64,000 nt of DNA from an uncultured Clostridia bacterium (GCA_947630015.1 CANRFY010000003.1:61413-125412), one strand, 5' to 3'; shown: positions 26,420-38,500, counted from the stretch's first letter. Program-made: numbers and translations. Notes: generated by a model from the sequence alone, not told the origin.

Positions 26420-26773
26420 ATGGCAAGAGTTAAGGGCGCGATGATGACGCGCAAGAGAAGAAATAAAGTTTTAAAGAGCGCGAAGGGCTACTGGGGCGCG
26501 AAGAGCAAGCATTTCAAGATGGCAAAGCAGGCCGTCATGAAGAGCGGCAACTACGCGTTCGTCGGCAGAAAACAGAAGAAGCGCGATTTCCGCTCGCTCT
26601 GGATCACGCGCATATCCGCAGCCGCAAAGCAGAACGGAATGAATTATTCGACGTTCATGCACGGCCTCAAAACGGCGGGGATCGACCTCAACCGCAAGAT
26701 GCTCGCGGAACTCGCAGTATCCGACAAGGAGGCGTTCGCCTCTCTCGTCGAGCGCGCAAAAGCGGCGCTTTAA
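26420..26773 (+). CDS. rplT: 50S ribosomal protein L20
   Basis: MARVKG...AKGYWG...[16 protein letters not shown]...[10 protein letters not shown]. Confidence 0.98.
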   Translation: MARVKGAMMTRKRRNKVLKSAKGYWGAKSKHFKMAKQAVMKSGNYAFVGRKQKKRDFRSLWITRISAAAKQNGMNYSTFMHGLKTAGIDLNRKMLAELAVSDKEAFASLVERAKAAL

Positions 26774-26787
26774 TCGAAAAAATCGTC

Positions 26788-26813
26788 AAAAAACCGGTCG
26801 CAGCCGGTTTTTT
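26788..26813 (+). terminator. Intrinsic terminator after rplT
   Basis: AAAAAACCGG-TCGCAG-CCGGTTTTTT. Confidence 0.8.
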
Positions 26814-26849
26814 GTGCTATTTACGAACGCGTTGACCGAGGCGAAAATC

Positions 26850-27659
26850 ATGGAAAAAATCTACGTTTCGAGCCGTCAGAACAGGATCGTGAGCCTCGCC
26901 GCCGGCCTTTCCGACAAGAAAAACCGCGATCGCGAGGGACTGTTTCTGATCGATGGCGTCAAGCTCCTGCGCGAGGCTTCCGCCTCGCGTCTCCGCGTCG
27001 AATTCGTCATGTGTATCGAGCGCGCGCTCGATAAATTCGAGCTGACGATATCGTCGGCGGACGCGCCCGTATACGTATTGGCCGATCACGCGTTCGAGCG
27101 CGTGACGGACGAACGCGCGCCGGAGGGCGTCGTCGCCGCCGTCCGATGCAGCGACGAGGTGCGCCGCCCGTTCTCAGACGGGGACGATGCGTTTTGCGGC
27201 GTCAGGCTCGTGCTTGACGGGATACAGAATCCCGACAATCTCGGCGCGATCCTTCGTTCCGCGCTCGCGTTCGGACAGCGAAACGTCATAATCGGTGCGG
27301 GCAGCGCCGATATATACGGACGGCGCGTGATGCGCTCGTCGATGGGAGCCGCGCTCAAGGTCGGCGCGCTTTACGCCGCCGATACGGCGGCGGCGTGCCG
27401 CGCCGTATCGGCGCGAGGCGGACGCGTGATCGCCGCCACGGTTGATTCCGGCGCGCGTCCGATAAACGAATTCGAGTTTGCGGACGGCGACGCCGTCGTG
27501 ATCGGCAGCGAGGGGCGCGGCGTCAGCGACGCGGTCGCCGACGCGGCCGACGCGTCCGTCTTTATCCCGATGGAGCCGGAGATGGAATCGCTCAACGCGT
27601 CGTGCGCCGCCGCGGTCATTTTGTGGGAGATATACAGGCGGGGCCTCGCCGGAAAATAA
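26850..27659 (+). CDS. TrmH/SpoU family RNA methyltransferase
   Basis: LDGIQNPDNLGAILRS, RSSMGA, VIGSEGRG, ESLNAS. Confidence 0.93.
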   Translation: MEKIYVSSRQNRIVSLAAGLSDKKNRDREGLFLIDGVKLLREASASRLRVEFVMCIERALDKFELTISSADAPVYVLADHAFERVTDERAPEGVVAAVRCSDEVRRPFSDGDDAFCGVRLVLDGIQNPDNLGAILRSALAFGQRNVIIGAGSADIYGRRVMRSSMGAALKVGALYAADTAAACRAVSARGGRVIAATVDSGARPINEFEFADGDAVVIGSEGRGVSDAVADAADASVFIPMEPEMESLNASCAAAVILWEIYRRGLAGK

Positions 27660-27725
27660 AACGCATAATCGGCGCCTTGCCGCGTCCGAACTTACACTGA
27701 AAGAAAGGAACGGTGCATCACAATC

Positions 27726-29090
27726 ATGTCCGACAGACTAATATGGATCTGGCTGTCGCTTGCGTGCGGAGCCGGAAGCCGCGTTTACAACAGGCTGTTT
27801 GCGTCGTTTTCGACGCTGCGCGAGATATACGACGCCCCGCGCGAACGGTTCCTTTTAATCGACGGCGTCGACGATAAGACGGCGTCCGCGCTCGCCGACA
27901 AGGATATGACGCGCGCACGCGAGATTTTGTCGCTCTGCATGAGGAACAATTGGGGCGTTCTGACCTACGGCGACGCGAGCTATCCGAAACGGCTCAAATC
28001 GCTGATCGATCCGCCCGTCGTGCTTTACTGCAAGGGCAGATTCGTCGACGTCAACGACAACGTCTGCATCGCTGTCGTCGGCACGCGGCGAATGACCGAA
28101 TACGGCGAGCGCCAGGCGTACAGATTTTCATACGCGATGGCGTCAGGCGGAGCCGTCATTGTATCGGGAATGGCGCTCGGCTGCGACGCGATGGCAGCGA
28201 ACGGCGCGCTCGACGCCAATATGCCCACGATCGCGGTTCTCGGATGCGGCATCGACGTCGTCTATCCGAAGGAGCATAGGACGCTCGAGGAGCATATATG
28301 CAAAACGGGCATGGTGATAACGGAATATCCGCCCGGGTCAAAGCCGGAGGCGTCGCATTTTCCCGTGCGCAACCGCATAATAAGCGGACTGTCGCAGGGA
28401 ACGCTCGTCGTCGAAGCGCCAGAGATGAGCGGCTCGCTCATCACGGCGCGGACGGCGCTTTTGCAGGGACGCGATCTGTTCGCGGTCCCGGGCGAGGTCG
28501 GGAACGAGAACAGCTCCGGCGGCAACGCGCTCATAAAAGAGGGCGCAAGCGCCGTGACGTCCGCGTATGACATCCTCTGCGAATACGAATATCTTTATCC
28601 GCACAGGATAAGCTGCGAGGCCGCGAAGCACGCGGAGCATTCGCTGGCGCGTCTCGGCACGGCCTCGATCGGCAAGGATTCGGCGGCGAGACGCCATATA
28701 GCGTCGCGTCCGCAGAAAAAGGACGGCGCGGACGGAAAGCCGATAAAGATCGCGGCCGCCGACGACGGCGGACGCGGCGGCTCGTTCTCGTTCGAGCGCG
28801 ACAGGCAGATGATAGCCGAGGAGGCGCGCACGCAGGCCGAAAAGAAGGTCGAGCGCCGCGAGCGCAAGGCCGAAAAGCCTGCCGGCGGCGATGATAACGG
28901 CGGCGTCGGACTGCCGATCACAAAGACGGAGCAGGCCGTTCTCGACGCGATCGGCGGCAGGGCGGTGACGCCGGACGAACTGTGCGAACTCGGATTCACG
29001 GCGCCGGAGGTCATGAGCGCCCTGACGATACTCGAGATACTCGGCCGCGTCACGGCCGTCCCGGGCGGACGGTACGTCCGCTCGGAATGA
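27726..29090 (+). CDS. dprA: DNA-processing protein DprA
   Basis: IAVVGTR, SGMALGCD, HFPVRNRIISGLS, SGSLITA; C-terminal winged helix. Confidence 0.95.
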   Translation: MSDRLIWIWLSLACGAGSRVYNRLFASFSTLREIYDAPRERFLLIDGVDDKTASALADKDMTRAREILSLCMRNNWGVLTYGDASYPKRLKSLIDPPVVLYCKGRFVDVNDNVCIAVVGTRRMTEYGERQAYRFSYAMASGGAVIVSGMALGCDAMAANGALDANMPTIAVLGCGIDVVYPKEHRTLEEHICKTGMVITEYPPGSKPEASHFPVRNRIISGLSQGTLVVEAPEMSGSLITARTALLQGRDLFAVPGEVGNENSSGGNALIKEGASAVTSAYDILCEYEYLYPHRISCEAAKHAEHSLARLGTASIGKDSAARRHIASRPQKKDGADGKPIKIAAADDGGRGGSFSFERDRQMIAEEARTQAEKKVERRERKAEKPAGGDDNGGVGLPITKTEQAVLDAIGGRAVTPDELCELGFTAPEVMSALTILEILGRVTAVPGGRYVRSE

Positions 29091-29128
29091 TCCGAGCCGA
29101 AAACACCGACTACGAAAGGAAACGCAAA

Positions 29129-31393
29129 ATGTCAACACTGATAATCATGGAGTCGCCGACGAAGGCGACGACGGTAAAGGGCTATCTCGGCGGCGGATAC
29201 CGCGTGCTTGCCTCAAAGGGACACGTTCGCGATCTGCCAAAAAGCACGCTCGGCGTCGACATCGAAGATAATTTCAAGCCGAAATATATAAATATACGCG
29301 GAAAGGGCGATCTTATACGCGATCTGAAGCGGGAGGCGAAAAACGCCGACCGCGTGCTGCTCGCAACGGACCCCGACCGCGAGGGAGAGGCGATCGCATG
29401 GCACCTCTCCGTCGCGCTCGGGATTCCAGTCGACGGCAAGCAGCGCATCACGTTCAATGAGGTCACGAAATCGGCCGTCAAGGAGGCGATCAAGCATCCG
29501 CGCCCGATCGATATGGGACTCGTCAACGCGCAGCAGGCGCGCCGCATCCTCGACAGAATCGTGGGCTATAAGCTCAGTCCGTATTTGTGGAGTACGGTGC
29601 GCAGCGGACTGTCTGCAGGACGCGTGCAGTCCGTGGCGACGCGGATCATCGTCGAGCGCGAAAACGAGATACGCGCGTTCGAGCCGCAGGAATACTGGAC
29701 CGTCGACGCCGATCTTATAACGCCCGCGGGCGAATCCATGACGGCGCGCTTCTGGGGCGATTCAAGCGGCAAGATCACGCTGACGAACGAGCGCGACGCA
29801 AAACGCATATCCGAGGAATCGGCGCGCGCGGGATTCGTCGTCGACGAGGTCAAGCTGACGCAGAAGCAGCGCGCCCCGTCGCCGCCGTTCACGACGTCTA
29901 CGCTTCAGCAGGAGGCGTCGCGCAAGCTCAATTTCCAGTCGGGACGCACGATGAGAGCGGCGCAGGAGCTGTACGAGGGCGTCGATCTCGGTCCGGAATA
30001 CGGCGGGGTCCAGGGTCTTATCACATACATGAGAACGGATTCCGTCCGCGTCGCGTCCGAGGCGCAGACTGCGGCGGCCGAATATATAGGCGAAAAATTC
30101 GGCCAGAAATATCTGCCGCCGACGCCCCGCGTATATAAGGCGAAGGCGGGCGCGCAGGACGCGCACGAGGCGATCCGCCCCGTCAATATAGCGCTCGAGC
30201 CGTCGAAGATCAGACGGTCGCTCTCGGTCGATCAGTACAGGCTCTACCGCCTGATCTGGAACCGCTTCATCGCGAGCCAGATGGCGTCCGCCGACATCAG
30301 CGCCGTCACAGCGTCGATAAATTCAGGCAAATACGTGTACCGCGCGAGCGGCAGCACGGTGAGATTCCCGGGATTCCTCGCCGTCTACGAGGAATCGACC
30401 GACGACGAACGCGAATCGGAGCGCGACGGCAGTATGCTCCCGAAGATCGAAAAGGGCGATGCGCTGAAATCGGACGGCATCCGCCCCGAGCAGCACTACA
30501 CCGAGCCGCCGGCAAGATACACGGAGGCGTCGCTGATCAAATTCCTCGAGGAATTGGGGATAGGAAGACCGAGTACGTATCTTATGATAGTGCCGACGAT
30601 AACGCAGCGCGGATATGTGGAGCGGCAGGGAAAATCGCTTTTGCCGACGCCGCTCGGCGAGACGACGACGAAGCTTATGAAGGAGAGCTTCCCCGATATC
30701 GTCGACTATAAATTCACGGCCCAGATGGAGGACAGACTCGACGGGATCGAGGACGGACGCCAGTCGATGGAATCGGTGCTGTCCGATTTCTACGCCTCGT
30801 TCTCGCGCGAGCTTGACGAGGCGAACAAAAAAGCCGTTCGCACCGAAGTCCCCGCCGAGGAAACGGATATCATCTGCGAGAAATGCGGCGCGAGGATGAT
30901 AATCAAGAGCGGCAGATACGGCAAATTCGCCGCCTGCCCGAATTATCCCGAATGCAAAAACACAAAGCCGCTAAAGCCCGCTCCGTCGGGCGACGGGGAA
31001 AAGGAGCCGCAAAAGGCGCAGCAGGGCGATATCGCGACAGATATGAAATGCGAGAAATGCGGCGGCGATATGGTTCTGCGCCACGGCAGATACGGCAGCT
31101 TTTACGCCTGCACGAATTATCCGACGTGCAAATTCACGCGTCCTTACGGACAGAAGATCGATGTCAAATGCCCGAAGTGCGGCTCCGATATACTGACGAG
31201 ATGGGGACGCAGCAAATCGATGTTTTACAGCTGTATGCGGTATCCGGACTGCGATTTTTCGTCATGGGACCGCCCGACGGCCGAAAAATGTCCCAAATGC
31301 GGCGGGATGCTCTTCCGCAAAAAGGGAAAGGCGCTTCTGATCTGCAAGACGGAGGGCTGCGGATATAAGCGCGAGACGGAGGATGGAGAGTGA
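29129..31393 (+). CDS. topA: DNA topoisomerase I with C-terminal zinc ribbons
   Basis: ESPTKA, ATDPDREGEAI, SAGRVQS, ITYMRTDS, GIGRPST; repeated CxxC...C-x-x-YP-x-C. Confidence 0.97.
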   Translation: MSTLIIMESPTKATTVKGYLGGGYRVLASKGHVRDLPKSTLGVDIEDNFKPKYINIRGKGDLIRDLKREAKNADRVLLATDPDREGEAIAWHLSVALGIPVDGKQRITFNEVTKSAVKEAIKHPRPIDMGLVNAQQARRILDRIVGYKLSPYLWSTVRSGLSAGRVQSVATRIIVERENEIRAFEPQEYWTVDADLITPAGESMTARFWGDSSGKITLTNERDAKRISEESARAGFVVDEVKLTQKQRAPSPPFTTSTLQQEASRKLNFQSGRTMRAAQELYEGVDLGPEYGGVQGLITYMRTDSVRVASEAQTAAAEYIGEKFGQKYLPPTPRVYKAKAGAQDAHEAIRPVNIALEPSKIRRSLSVDQYRLYRLIWNRFIASQMASADISAVTASINSGKYVYRASGSTVRFPGFLAVYEESTDDERESERDGSMLPKIEKGDALKSDGIRPEQHYTEPPARYTEASLIKFLEELGIGRPSTYLMIVPTITQRGYVERQGKSLLPTPLGETTTKLMKESFPDIVDYKFTAQMEDRLDGIEDGRQSMESVLSDFYASFSRELDEANKKAVRTEVPAEETDIICEKCGARMIIKSGRYGKFAACPNYPECKNTKPLKPAPSGDGEKEPQKAQQGDIATDMKCEKCGGDMVLRHGRYGSFYACTNYPTCKFTRPYGQKIDVKCPKCGSDILTRWGRSKSMFYSCMRYPDCDFSSWDRPTAEKCPKCGGMLFRKKGKALLICKTEGCGYKRETEDGE

Positions 31394-32721
31394 AGCGCGT
31401 GCGCGTTATCGGCGCCGGACTTGCCGGCGCCGAGGCGGCATGGCAGGCGGCGAGGCTCGGGGTCGACGTCGAGCTGTGGGAGATGAAGCCCGATAAATTC
31501 ACGCCGGCGCACAAGTCGGCGGGGATGGCGGAGCTTGTCTGCTCGAATTCGCTGCGCTCCGACGATATAAACAACGCCGTCGGCCTTCTCAAGGCCGAGA
31601 TGAGAGCGCTCGATTCGCTCATAATGCGTGCGGCGGAGGCGACGCGCGTTCCCGCGGGATCGGCGCTCGCCGTCGACAGATACGCGTTTTCGGATTACGT
31701 TACGAACGCGGTGACGTCGCTTTCAAACGTCACGATCGTCAGACGCGAGGCCGACTGCGCGCCCCGCGACGGGGCCGTCACCGTTATCGCGACGGGACCG
31801 CTTACGAGCGAGCCGCTCGCGGAATGGATGCGCGGTGCGCTCGGGCTGTCGGGGCTTCATTTCTACGACGCCGCCGCCCCGATCGTCGACGGCGCGACAG
31901 TCGATCCCGAACGCGCCTATTTCGCGTCGAGATACGGAAAGGGCGACGCGTCCGATTATCTGAACTGTCCGCTCACAAAGGACGAATACGACGCGTTCTA
32001 TGACGCGCTCATAACGGCGAGGACGGCGGAGCTGCACGGCGAGGACGCGGAGCTGACGGTGTTCGAGGGCTGTATGCCGGTCGAGATCATGGCGTCGCGC
32101 GGGCGCGACACGCTGCGATTCGGCCCGATGAAGCCGGTCGGGCTGCCCGATCCCGCGACGGGACGCGAGCCTTACGCGGCGCTCCAGCTGCGCCGCGAGA
32201 ACGCGGCCGGCACGATGTACAATCTCGTCGGGTTCCAGACGCATCTTGCGTTCCCCGAGCAGAAGCGCGTATTTTCCATGATACCGGCGCTCGAACACGC
32301 GGAATTTCTGCGGTACGGCGTGATGCACAGGAACACATACATAGATTCGCCCGGGACGCTGACGCGCACGTATGCGCTCGCGTCCGATCCGGACATATAT
32401 TTCGCCGGTCAGATGACGGGCGTCGAGGGCTACGTCGAGAGCGCGGCGTCGGGAATGTACGCGGGGATAAACGCCGCGCGCCGCGCGCTCGGAATCGACG
32501 AGATCGTGTTCCCCGACACGACGATGACGGGCGCGATGGGACAGTACGTCGCCACTGGCGCGCTGTCGGCCGATTTTCAGCCGATGAACGCGAATTTCGG
32601 GATAATAGCGCCGCTCGAGCAGCGGGTCAAGGGCGGGAAACGCGCCCGCAACGAGCAGTATGCCCGCCGCGCGTTCGAGGCGATAGGAGAAATAAAGAAA
32701 AAGATAGGAGATTGCAGATGA
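31390..32721 (+). CDS. trmFO: Folate/FAD-dependent tRNA m5U54 methyltransferase
   Basis: IGAGLAGAEAA, ELVCSNSL, LVGFQTHL, FAGQMTGVEGY, FQPMNANFG. Confidence 0.96.
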   Translation: MKRVRVIGAGLAGAEAAWQAARLGVDVELWEMKPDKFTPAHKSAGMAELVCSNSLRSDDINNAVGLLKAEMRALDSLIMRAAEATRVPAGSALAVDRYAFSDYVTNAVTSLSNVTIVRREADCAPRDGAVTVIATGPLTSEPLAEWMRGALGLSGLHFYDAAAPIVDGATVDPERAYFASRYGKGDASDYLNCPLTKDEYDAFYDALITARTAELHGEDAELTVFEGCMPVEIMASRGRDTLRFGPMKPVGLPDPATGREPYAALQLRRENAAGTMYNLVGFQTHLAFPEQKRVFSMIPALEHAEFLRYGVMHRNTYIDSPGTLTRTYALASDPDIYFAGQMTGVEGYVESAASGMYAGINAARRALGIDEIVFPDTTMTGAMGQYVATGALSADFQPMNANFGIIAPLEQRVKGGKRARNEQYARRAFEAIGEIKKKIGDCR

Positions 32722-33767
32722 GGATACTGATCGATGCCATGGGCGGCGACAATGCCCCGGGATGCGTGATCGAGGGCGTATGCCGCGCAAGGGACGAATT
32801 CGGCAATAAAACCGCACTGACGCTCGTCGGCGACACGGAAAAGATCAAAGCCTGCGCGGCGGAGCGCTCGCTGTCGCTCGACGGGATCGACATCGTCCAC
32901 ACCGATTCCGTGATCGGCATGGAAGAAAATCCGATGGCGATTGCGAAGGGCAAAAAGGAATGCTCGATGGCGGTCGGCTTAAAAATGCTGACGCCGGCCG
33001 GCGTCGGCAGAAACAAATACGGCGTATCGGGCGACGCGTTCGTCTCGGCCGGAAGCACGGGCGCGCTCCATATGGGCAGCTCGCTCTTTGTGCCGCGTCT
33101 GCGCGGCGTGCGCAGATCGTGCATAGCAGTCGTGATGCCGTTTTCAAAGCCTGTGCTGCTGCTCGATTCGGGCGCGAATCCCGACGCGAGGGAGGATTAT
33201 CTTTATCAATGGGCGCTCGTCGGCTCCGTGTACATGGAGGCCGTCATGGGCGTCAAATCGCCGCGCGTGGGACTCCTCAACAACGGGACCGAGGAATCAA
33301 AGGGCAACGAGGTCAGCGTCGCCGCGCACAAGCTCCTCTCCGAGTCGCGCCTGAATTTCATAGGCAACATCGAGGCGCGCGAGATCCCGTTCGGCGCTGC
33401 CGACGTGATCGTATGCGACGGATTCACCGGCAACGTCGTATTGAAGCTTTCGGAGGGCATGGGGAAATATATGTTCTCGCTTCTGCGCGAGATGTTTTCC
33501 TCGAGCGTCAAGGGCAAGCTCGCGTATCTGCTCGTCAAGCCGGAGCTGCGCCGGCTGAAGCGCGGACTCGATTCGTCCGAGCAGGGCGGCGCGCCGCTGC
33601 TCGGACTTGAAAAGACTGTCATCAAGGCGCACGGCAGCTCTGACGGCAAGGCGATATACAACGCGATCCGTCAGGCGATAATATGCGTTGAAAACGATGT
33701 GATGCAGACGATGAAGGCGGCGCTCGGCGACGTCGGCGTCGGGGACGGCGGCGATGGCGATGGCTGA
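32718..33767 (+). CDS. plsX: Phosphate acyltransferase
   Basis: IDAMGGDNAP, SAGSTGA, LDSGAN, NGTEESKG, CDGFTGN, GGAPLLG. Confidence 0.95.
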   Translation: MRILIDAMGGDNAPGCVIEGVCRARDEFGNKTALTLVGDTEKIKACAAERSLSLDGIDIVHTDSVIGMEENPMAIAKGKKECSMAVGLKMLTPAGVGRNKYGVSGDAFVSAGSTGALHMGSSLFVPRLRGVRRSCIAVVMPFSKPVLLLDSGANPDAREDYLYQWALVGSVYMEAVMGVKSPRVGLLNNGTEESKGNEVSVAAHKLLSESRLNFIGNIEAREIPFGAADVIVCDGFTGNVVLKLSEGMGKYMFSLLREMFSSSVKGKLAYLLVKPELRRLKRGLDSSEQGGAPLLGLEKTVIKAHGSSDGKAIYNAIRQAIICVENDVMQTMKAALGDVGVGDGGDGDG

Positions 33768-34482
33768 TTATCCGCTTCCGTACTCGGAGCTTGAGGCGCG
33801 CATCGGATACGTATTCGCGGACAAGGAGCTGCTTTTGCGCGCGCTGACGCATTCGTCGTATTCAAACGAGAACCGCGAACGCGGTCTTTTGTGCAACGAG
33901 CGGCTCGAATTCTTCGGCGATTCCGTTCTGTCGCTCGTCGTCAGCGAGTATTTATTCTCGCACAACCGCGCGATGCGCGAGGGCGAGCTTACGCGCCTGC
34001 GCGCCTCGCTCGTATGCGAGGGCGCGCTCGCGTCATACGCGGAGGCGATCGGACTCGGCGATTTTCTATATCTCGGACGCGGCGAGGCGCGCGGAGACGG
34101 ACGCCACCGTAAATCGATAATCTCCGACGCATACGAGGCGCTTTTAGCCGCCGTCTACATCGACGACGAATCGCGCGGCGGCGACGGAAAGGGAGCCGTC
34201 GCCGAATTCATCCTCCCTTATGTCGAGCGCGAGCTTTGCAAGATCAACAGCTCGACAGATTATTTCGACTATAAAACGCTGCTCCAGCAGGTCATACAGC
34301 AGGCTGAGGGCGAGCTGCTCGAATACGTCGTCGTCGGCGAATCCGGCCCAGATCATTCAAAGACGTTCGCGGTCGAGGCGCGGCTGAACAGCAACGTGAT
34401 CGGTCACGGAGAGGGAAGATCGAAGCGCGCCGCAGAACAGGCTGCCGCCAAGGAAGCGCTGGCGCTGTTCGGGGTCGGCTGA
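33754..34482 (+). CDS. rnc: Ribonuclease III
   Basis: ALTHSS, NERLEFFGDSVL, SDAYEA, and a dsRBD (GPDH...GRSKRAAEQAAA); true start may be 33760. Confidence 0.96.
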   Translation: MAMADYPLPYSELEARIGYVFADKELLLRALTHSSYSNENRERGLLCNERLEFFGDSVLSLVVSEYLFSHNRAMREGELTRLRASLVCEGALASYAEAIGLGDFLYLGRGEARGDGRHRKSIISDAYEALLAAVYIDDESRGGDGKGAVAEFILPYVERELCKINSSTDYFDYKTLLQQVIQQAEGELLEYVVVGESGPDHSKTFAVEARLNSNVIGHGEGRSKRAAEQAAAKEALALFGVG

Positions 34483-34484
34483 TC

Positions 34485-35522
34485 ATGTCTCAGTCAAAAA
34501 CGGGCGGCGCGCGCCGCCATGTCAACGTGCCGGTGTTCATCCCGCACTTAGGATGCCCGCACACGTGCGTATTCTGCAATCAGCGGACGATATCGGGCGT
34601 GGGATCGTTCGATCCCGATTCGGTCAGACCGATAATCGACGAGGCATTGTCGACGGTCGACATCGGCGACGACTGCGAGATCGCGTTTTTCGGAGGCTCG
34701 TTCACAGGAATCGACCGCGGGCTTATGACGGAGCTGCTCGATATCGCCGAATCATACGTATCGGCGGGCCGCGTATCCCGCATAAGATGCTCGACGCGCC
34801 CCGACTATATCGACGACGGCGTGATAAGCACGCTTCAAAGATACACGATCGGAACTGTCGAGCTTGGAATACAGTCGATGTCACAGACGGTGCTGACCGC
34901 AAGCGAGCGCGGTCATACGCCCGACGATACGCGGCGCGCCGTATCTATGCTGAAAAGCGCCGGGATCGCGGTCGGCGGACAGATGATGATAGGACTGCCG
35001 CGATCGACGATGCGCGACGAGCGCGAATGCGCGGAATTTATCGCCGACGCCTGCTCGGAGGCGCGGATATATCCGACGATAGTGTTCGAGGGTACGGAGC
35101 TTTGCCGGATGATGCGCCGCGGCGAATACGAACCCTTGACGGAGGCGGACGCCGTAGAAAGAACGGCGGACGCGCTCGAGATATTGTCTTGCGGCGGCGT
35201 GCGCGTTTTGCGCGTCGGACTGTGCGACACGGAGAATCTGCACGGCAGCGAATATGCGGCGGGGCCGAATCATCCCGCGATCGGCGAGCTGGCGTCCTCA
35301 CGCATATTTTTAAAAAGGATCATGTCGGAATTCGCGGCGGCGGACGGCGTGCGCGGAGCCGAGGCGGACGTTTATGTGCCGGTCGGACGCATATCGGCGG
35401 CGGTCGGGCATCGCGGGGTCAACAAAAAAGCAATAATGAGCGAATTTTCGCCCGCGCGTCTTCGTTTTATTGAGGACGGGACGCTGTCGGGCTATACTGT
35501 AAAATTGACGGTAAAAGGTTAA
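34485..35522 (+). CDS. Radical SAM protein (Elp3/YhcC-like, function unknown)
   Basis: PVFIPHLGCPHTCVFCNQ, FFGGSFT, STRPD, ELGIQS; lies between rnc and smc. Confidence 0.85.
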   Translation: MSQSKTGGARRHVNVPVFIPHLGCPHTCVFCNQRTISGVGSFDPDSVRPIIDEALSTVDIGDDCEIAFFGGSFTGIDRGLMTELLDIAESYVSAGRVSRIRCSTRPDYIDDGVISTLQRYTIGTVELGIQSMSQTVLTASERGHTPDDTRRAVSMLKSAGIAVGGQMMIGLPRSTMRDERECAEFIADACSEARIYPTIVFEGTELCRMMRRGEYEPLTEADAVERTADALEILSCGGVRVLRVGLCDTENLHGSEYAAGPNHPAIGELASSRIFLKRIMSEFAAADGVRGAEADVYVPVGRISAAVGHRGVNKKAIMSEFSPARLRFIEDGTLSGYTVKLTVKG

Positions 35523-35535
35523 ATTTGGGTAGGTC

Positions 35536-38500
35536 GTGTACTTAAAATCACTTGAATTACAAGGCTTCAAATCGTTCCCCGACAAGACAAAGATCGAGTT
35601 CGATCACGGCTCGACCGTGATCGTGGGACCGAACGGAAGCGGAAAATCTAATATAACTGACGCGATGAGATGGGTGCTTGGCGAGATATCGAGCCGAAGC
35701 ATACGCGGCGCGAAGATGGAGGACGTAGTATTCGCCGGCGCCGACGGCAGAAATCCGATGGGCTACGCCGAGGTCTCGATCTCGTTTGAGAACACGGACG
35801 AAAACGGACGCATACCGGTGCCATACGACGAGGTGACGGTGACGCGCCGCTATTACCGCGCCGGCGACAGCGAATACTTCATCAACCGCAGACCCGTAAG
35901 GCTCCGCGACATAAACGAGCTGTTCATGAATACCGGCATCGGCCGCGAGGGCTATTCGATCGTCGGACAGGGCAAGATTGCGGAGATCATCTCGCAGAAG
36001 AGCGACGAGCGGCGCGGCGTGTTCGACGAGGCGGCGGGCATATCGAAGTTCCGCCACCGCAGAGCTGAGGCGGAACGTCAGCTCGAGGCGGCCGAGGACA
36101 ATATGCAGCGCGTCGGCGACATTCTGACGGAGGTAGACGGGCGGCGCGGACCGCTTGAACAGGAAGCGGAAAAGGCGCGCAGATATCTCGAGCTTTACGA
36201 GCGCCACCGCAGAGCGGATATAGCGCTCGCAGTTTACGATTCCGACCGTCTGCGCGCGGAGCAGAAGCGCGCCGAGGACGACTTTCTTTTGTCGTCGCAC
36301 GAGCTGGAGATGATATCGGATACGATCGACGGACTCGAGGCGCAGAGCGAGCGCATCGCGGAATCGTCGCAGAAGAGCAAGCTCGATTCCGAACGCGCGT
36401 ATGAGAGGATTCGCGCGCTGTCGACGTCGCTTCAAAAGCTTGACGGCGAATATCAGGCGATGAAGACGGACCGCACGAGAAGCGAGGCGCAGGCGCAGGA
36501 ATACAGGGAAAACGCCGCCGACGCGAGCCGCCGCATAGCCGAAGCCGAAAGGGAGGCAAAGACGCTCGAGGAGCGCCTTTGCGAGTCGGAACGTGCGCTC
36601 GACGCGGCGCAGTCGGCGCTCGACGCGAAAAAATCGGAGCTTGCGGATGCGGACGCGCGTCTTTGCGCGATCTCGGATCAGCTTGAATCGATGCTGGCGG
36701 AGCAGAAAAAGCGCGAGGAAGAGGTCGTCGACTACAAGGTCCGCATAAACGTGATGATCGGTTCGGCTAAAGCCGACGAGGAAAAAAACGCGTCGGTCGA
36801 GTCGGAGATCGAGAAATACGAGGCGCAGGCGGCCGAATTTAAATCTAAGGCGGACGCGGAATCGAAGACGGCGGACGAATTCTCGGCGGCGATCTCCGAA
36901 TCCGAAAAGAAAATCGACGCGCTTGAGGAAAAGCTTGCCTCGTGCGAGGAGAGACTGGCGGAGCTGACGGAGAGCCGCGCGTCGTCGGACGCGCGCGCGC
37001 AGGCGCTGTCGCACAGGATCGACGCGCTCGTCAGGCTCGAGGAAAATTTCGAGGGCTACGGCCGCTCCGTCAAATATGTGATGGACGGCAGGGACAATAT
37101 ACGCGGGAGGGTACACGGTCCCGTGTCAAGGCTGATCTCGACGCCGGACGAATACGTCACCGCGATCGAAACGGCGCTCGGCGGCAATTTGCAGAATATC
37201 GTCGTCGACGACGAGGAAACGGCAAAATCCGCGATCTCGTATCTGAAGCGCGGCGGCGCGGGACGCGCGACGTTTTATCCCATATCGGCCGTAAGAGGGC
37301 AGGAGCCGGGACGCGAGGTCAGGGACGCGGCGTCCGCCGCGGGCTATATTGGCATATGCTCGGAGCTTATCTCATACGACGCCGTCTACGACGGCATAAT
37401 GCGGTATCTTCTCGGCCGAACGTGCGTGTTCGACGATCTCGATCACGCGACGGCGGCGGCGAAGGCGAGCGGATATAAGCTGCGCGCCGTCACGCTCGAC
37501 GGACAGCAGATAAACGCGGGCGGCTCGTTCACGGGCGGCTCGCAGAGACGCGATTCGGGAATGCTGACGCGATCGGGCGAGATAAAATCGCTGCGCGCGG
37601 AGCTGTCGCTGTGCGAACGCGAAACGGCGGCGCTGACGGAGCAGGCAAAGGCCGTGTCGTCGGCGCGCGCCGACGTTCATTCGGAGCTTGACGGCGAGCG
37701 CTCGCGCCGCGATATGATGGACGCGATGATGCGCGCCGCGGAGTCGGCGCGCGACGCGGCGACGGCGCAGTACGACGCGGCGGTGACACTCGTCGGACAG
37801 CTGCGCGCCGATATGGAGCTGCGCGCGGAGCTGTCGGGACAGTACGAATCAGACAGAATTGAGCTGACGAAAAAATGCGCCGAGGCGGAGGCGGCCGTCT
37901 CCGAGGTGAGGGAGCGCCGCGAGCGGCTCGATATATCGCGGCACGAGGCCGAGGACGCGCGCGAGGCGGCGTCCGGGTCGGTGTCGGAGGCGATGATGGA
38001 GCTGACGCGCATCTCGGCGGGGATAGACGCCGTCCGCGAGCTGTGCGCCGAAAAGGCGCGCGGACGCGAGGAATACGTGCGCCAGCGCGATTCGTTCCTC
38101 GCCCACGCGGACGAGATGACGGAGCGCGCCGCCGACATCGAGCGTCGCGAGGCCGAAAACAGACGCGCATACGGGGACGCGGAATCCGAGATGAAAAACG
38201 TCGAGGACGAACGCGCAAAGCTCGAAACGGGCAATCTTGAATTTGAAATGCGCCAGGGCGAGATCAGGCGCAGGATACGCGAAAAGACCGACGAAAAGGA
38301 AACCGCGATGCGCGCGCACATGAAAAACGAGCAGCGCAAAAACGCGCTTTCGGGCGAGCTTGACAAGCTCGTCGCGCATCTGTGGGACGAATACGAGCTG
38401 ACGCCGTCGGCGGCAGCCGAGATCGATTATCCGCCCGTGACGGAGGAAAACCGCGCCGAGACGGCGCGCGAGGAGCGCGAATGCAAAAATAAGCTGCGCG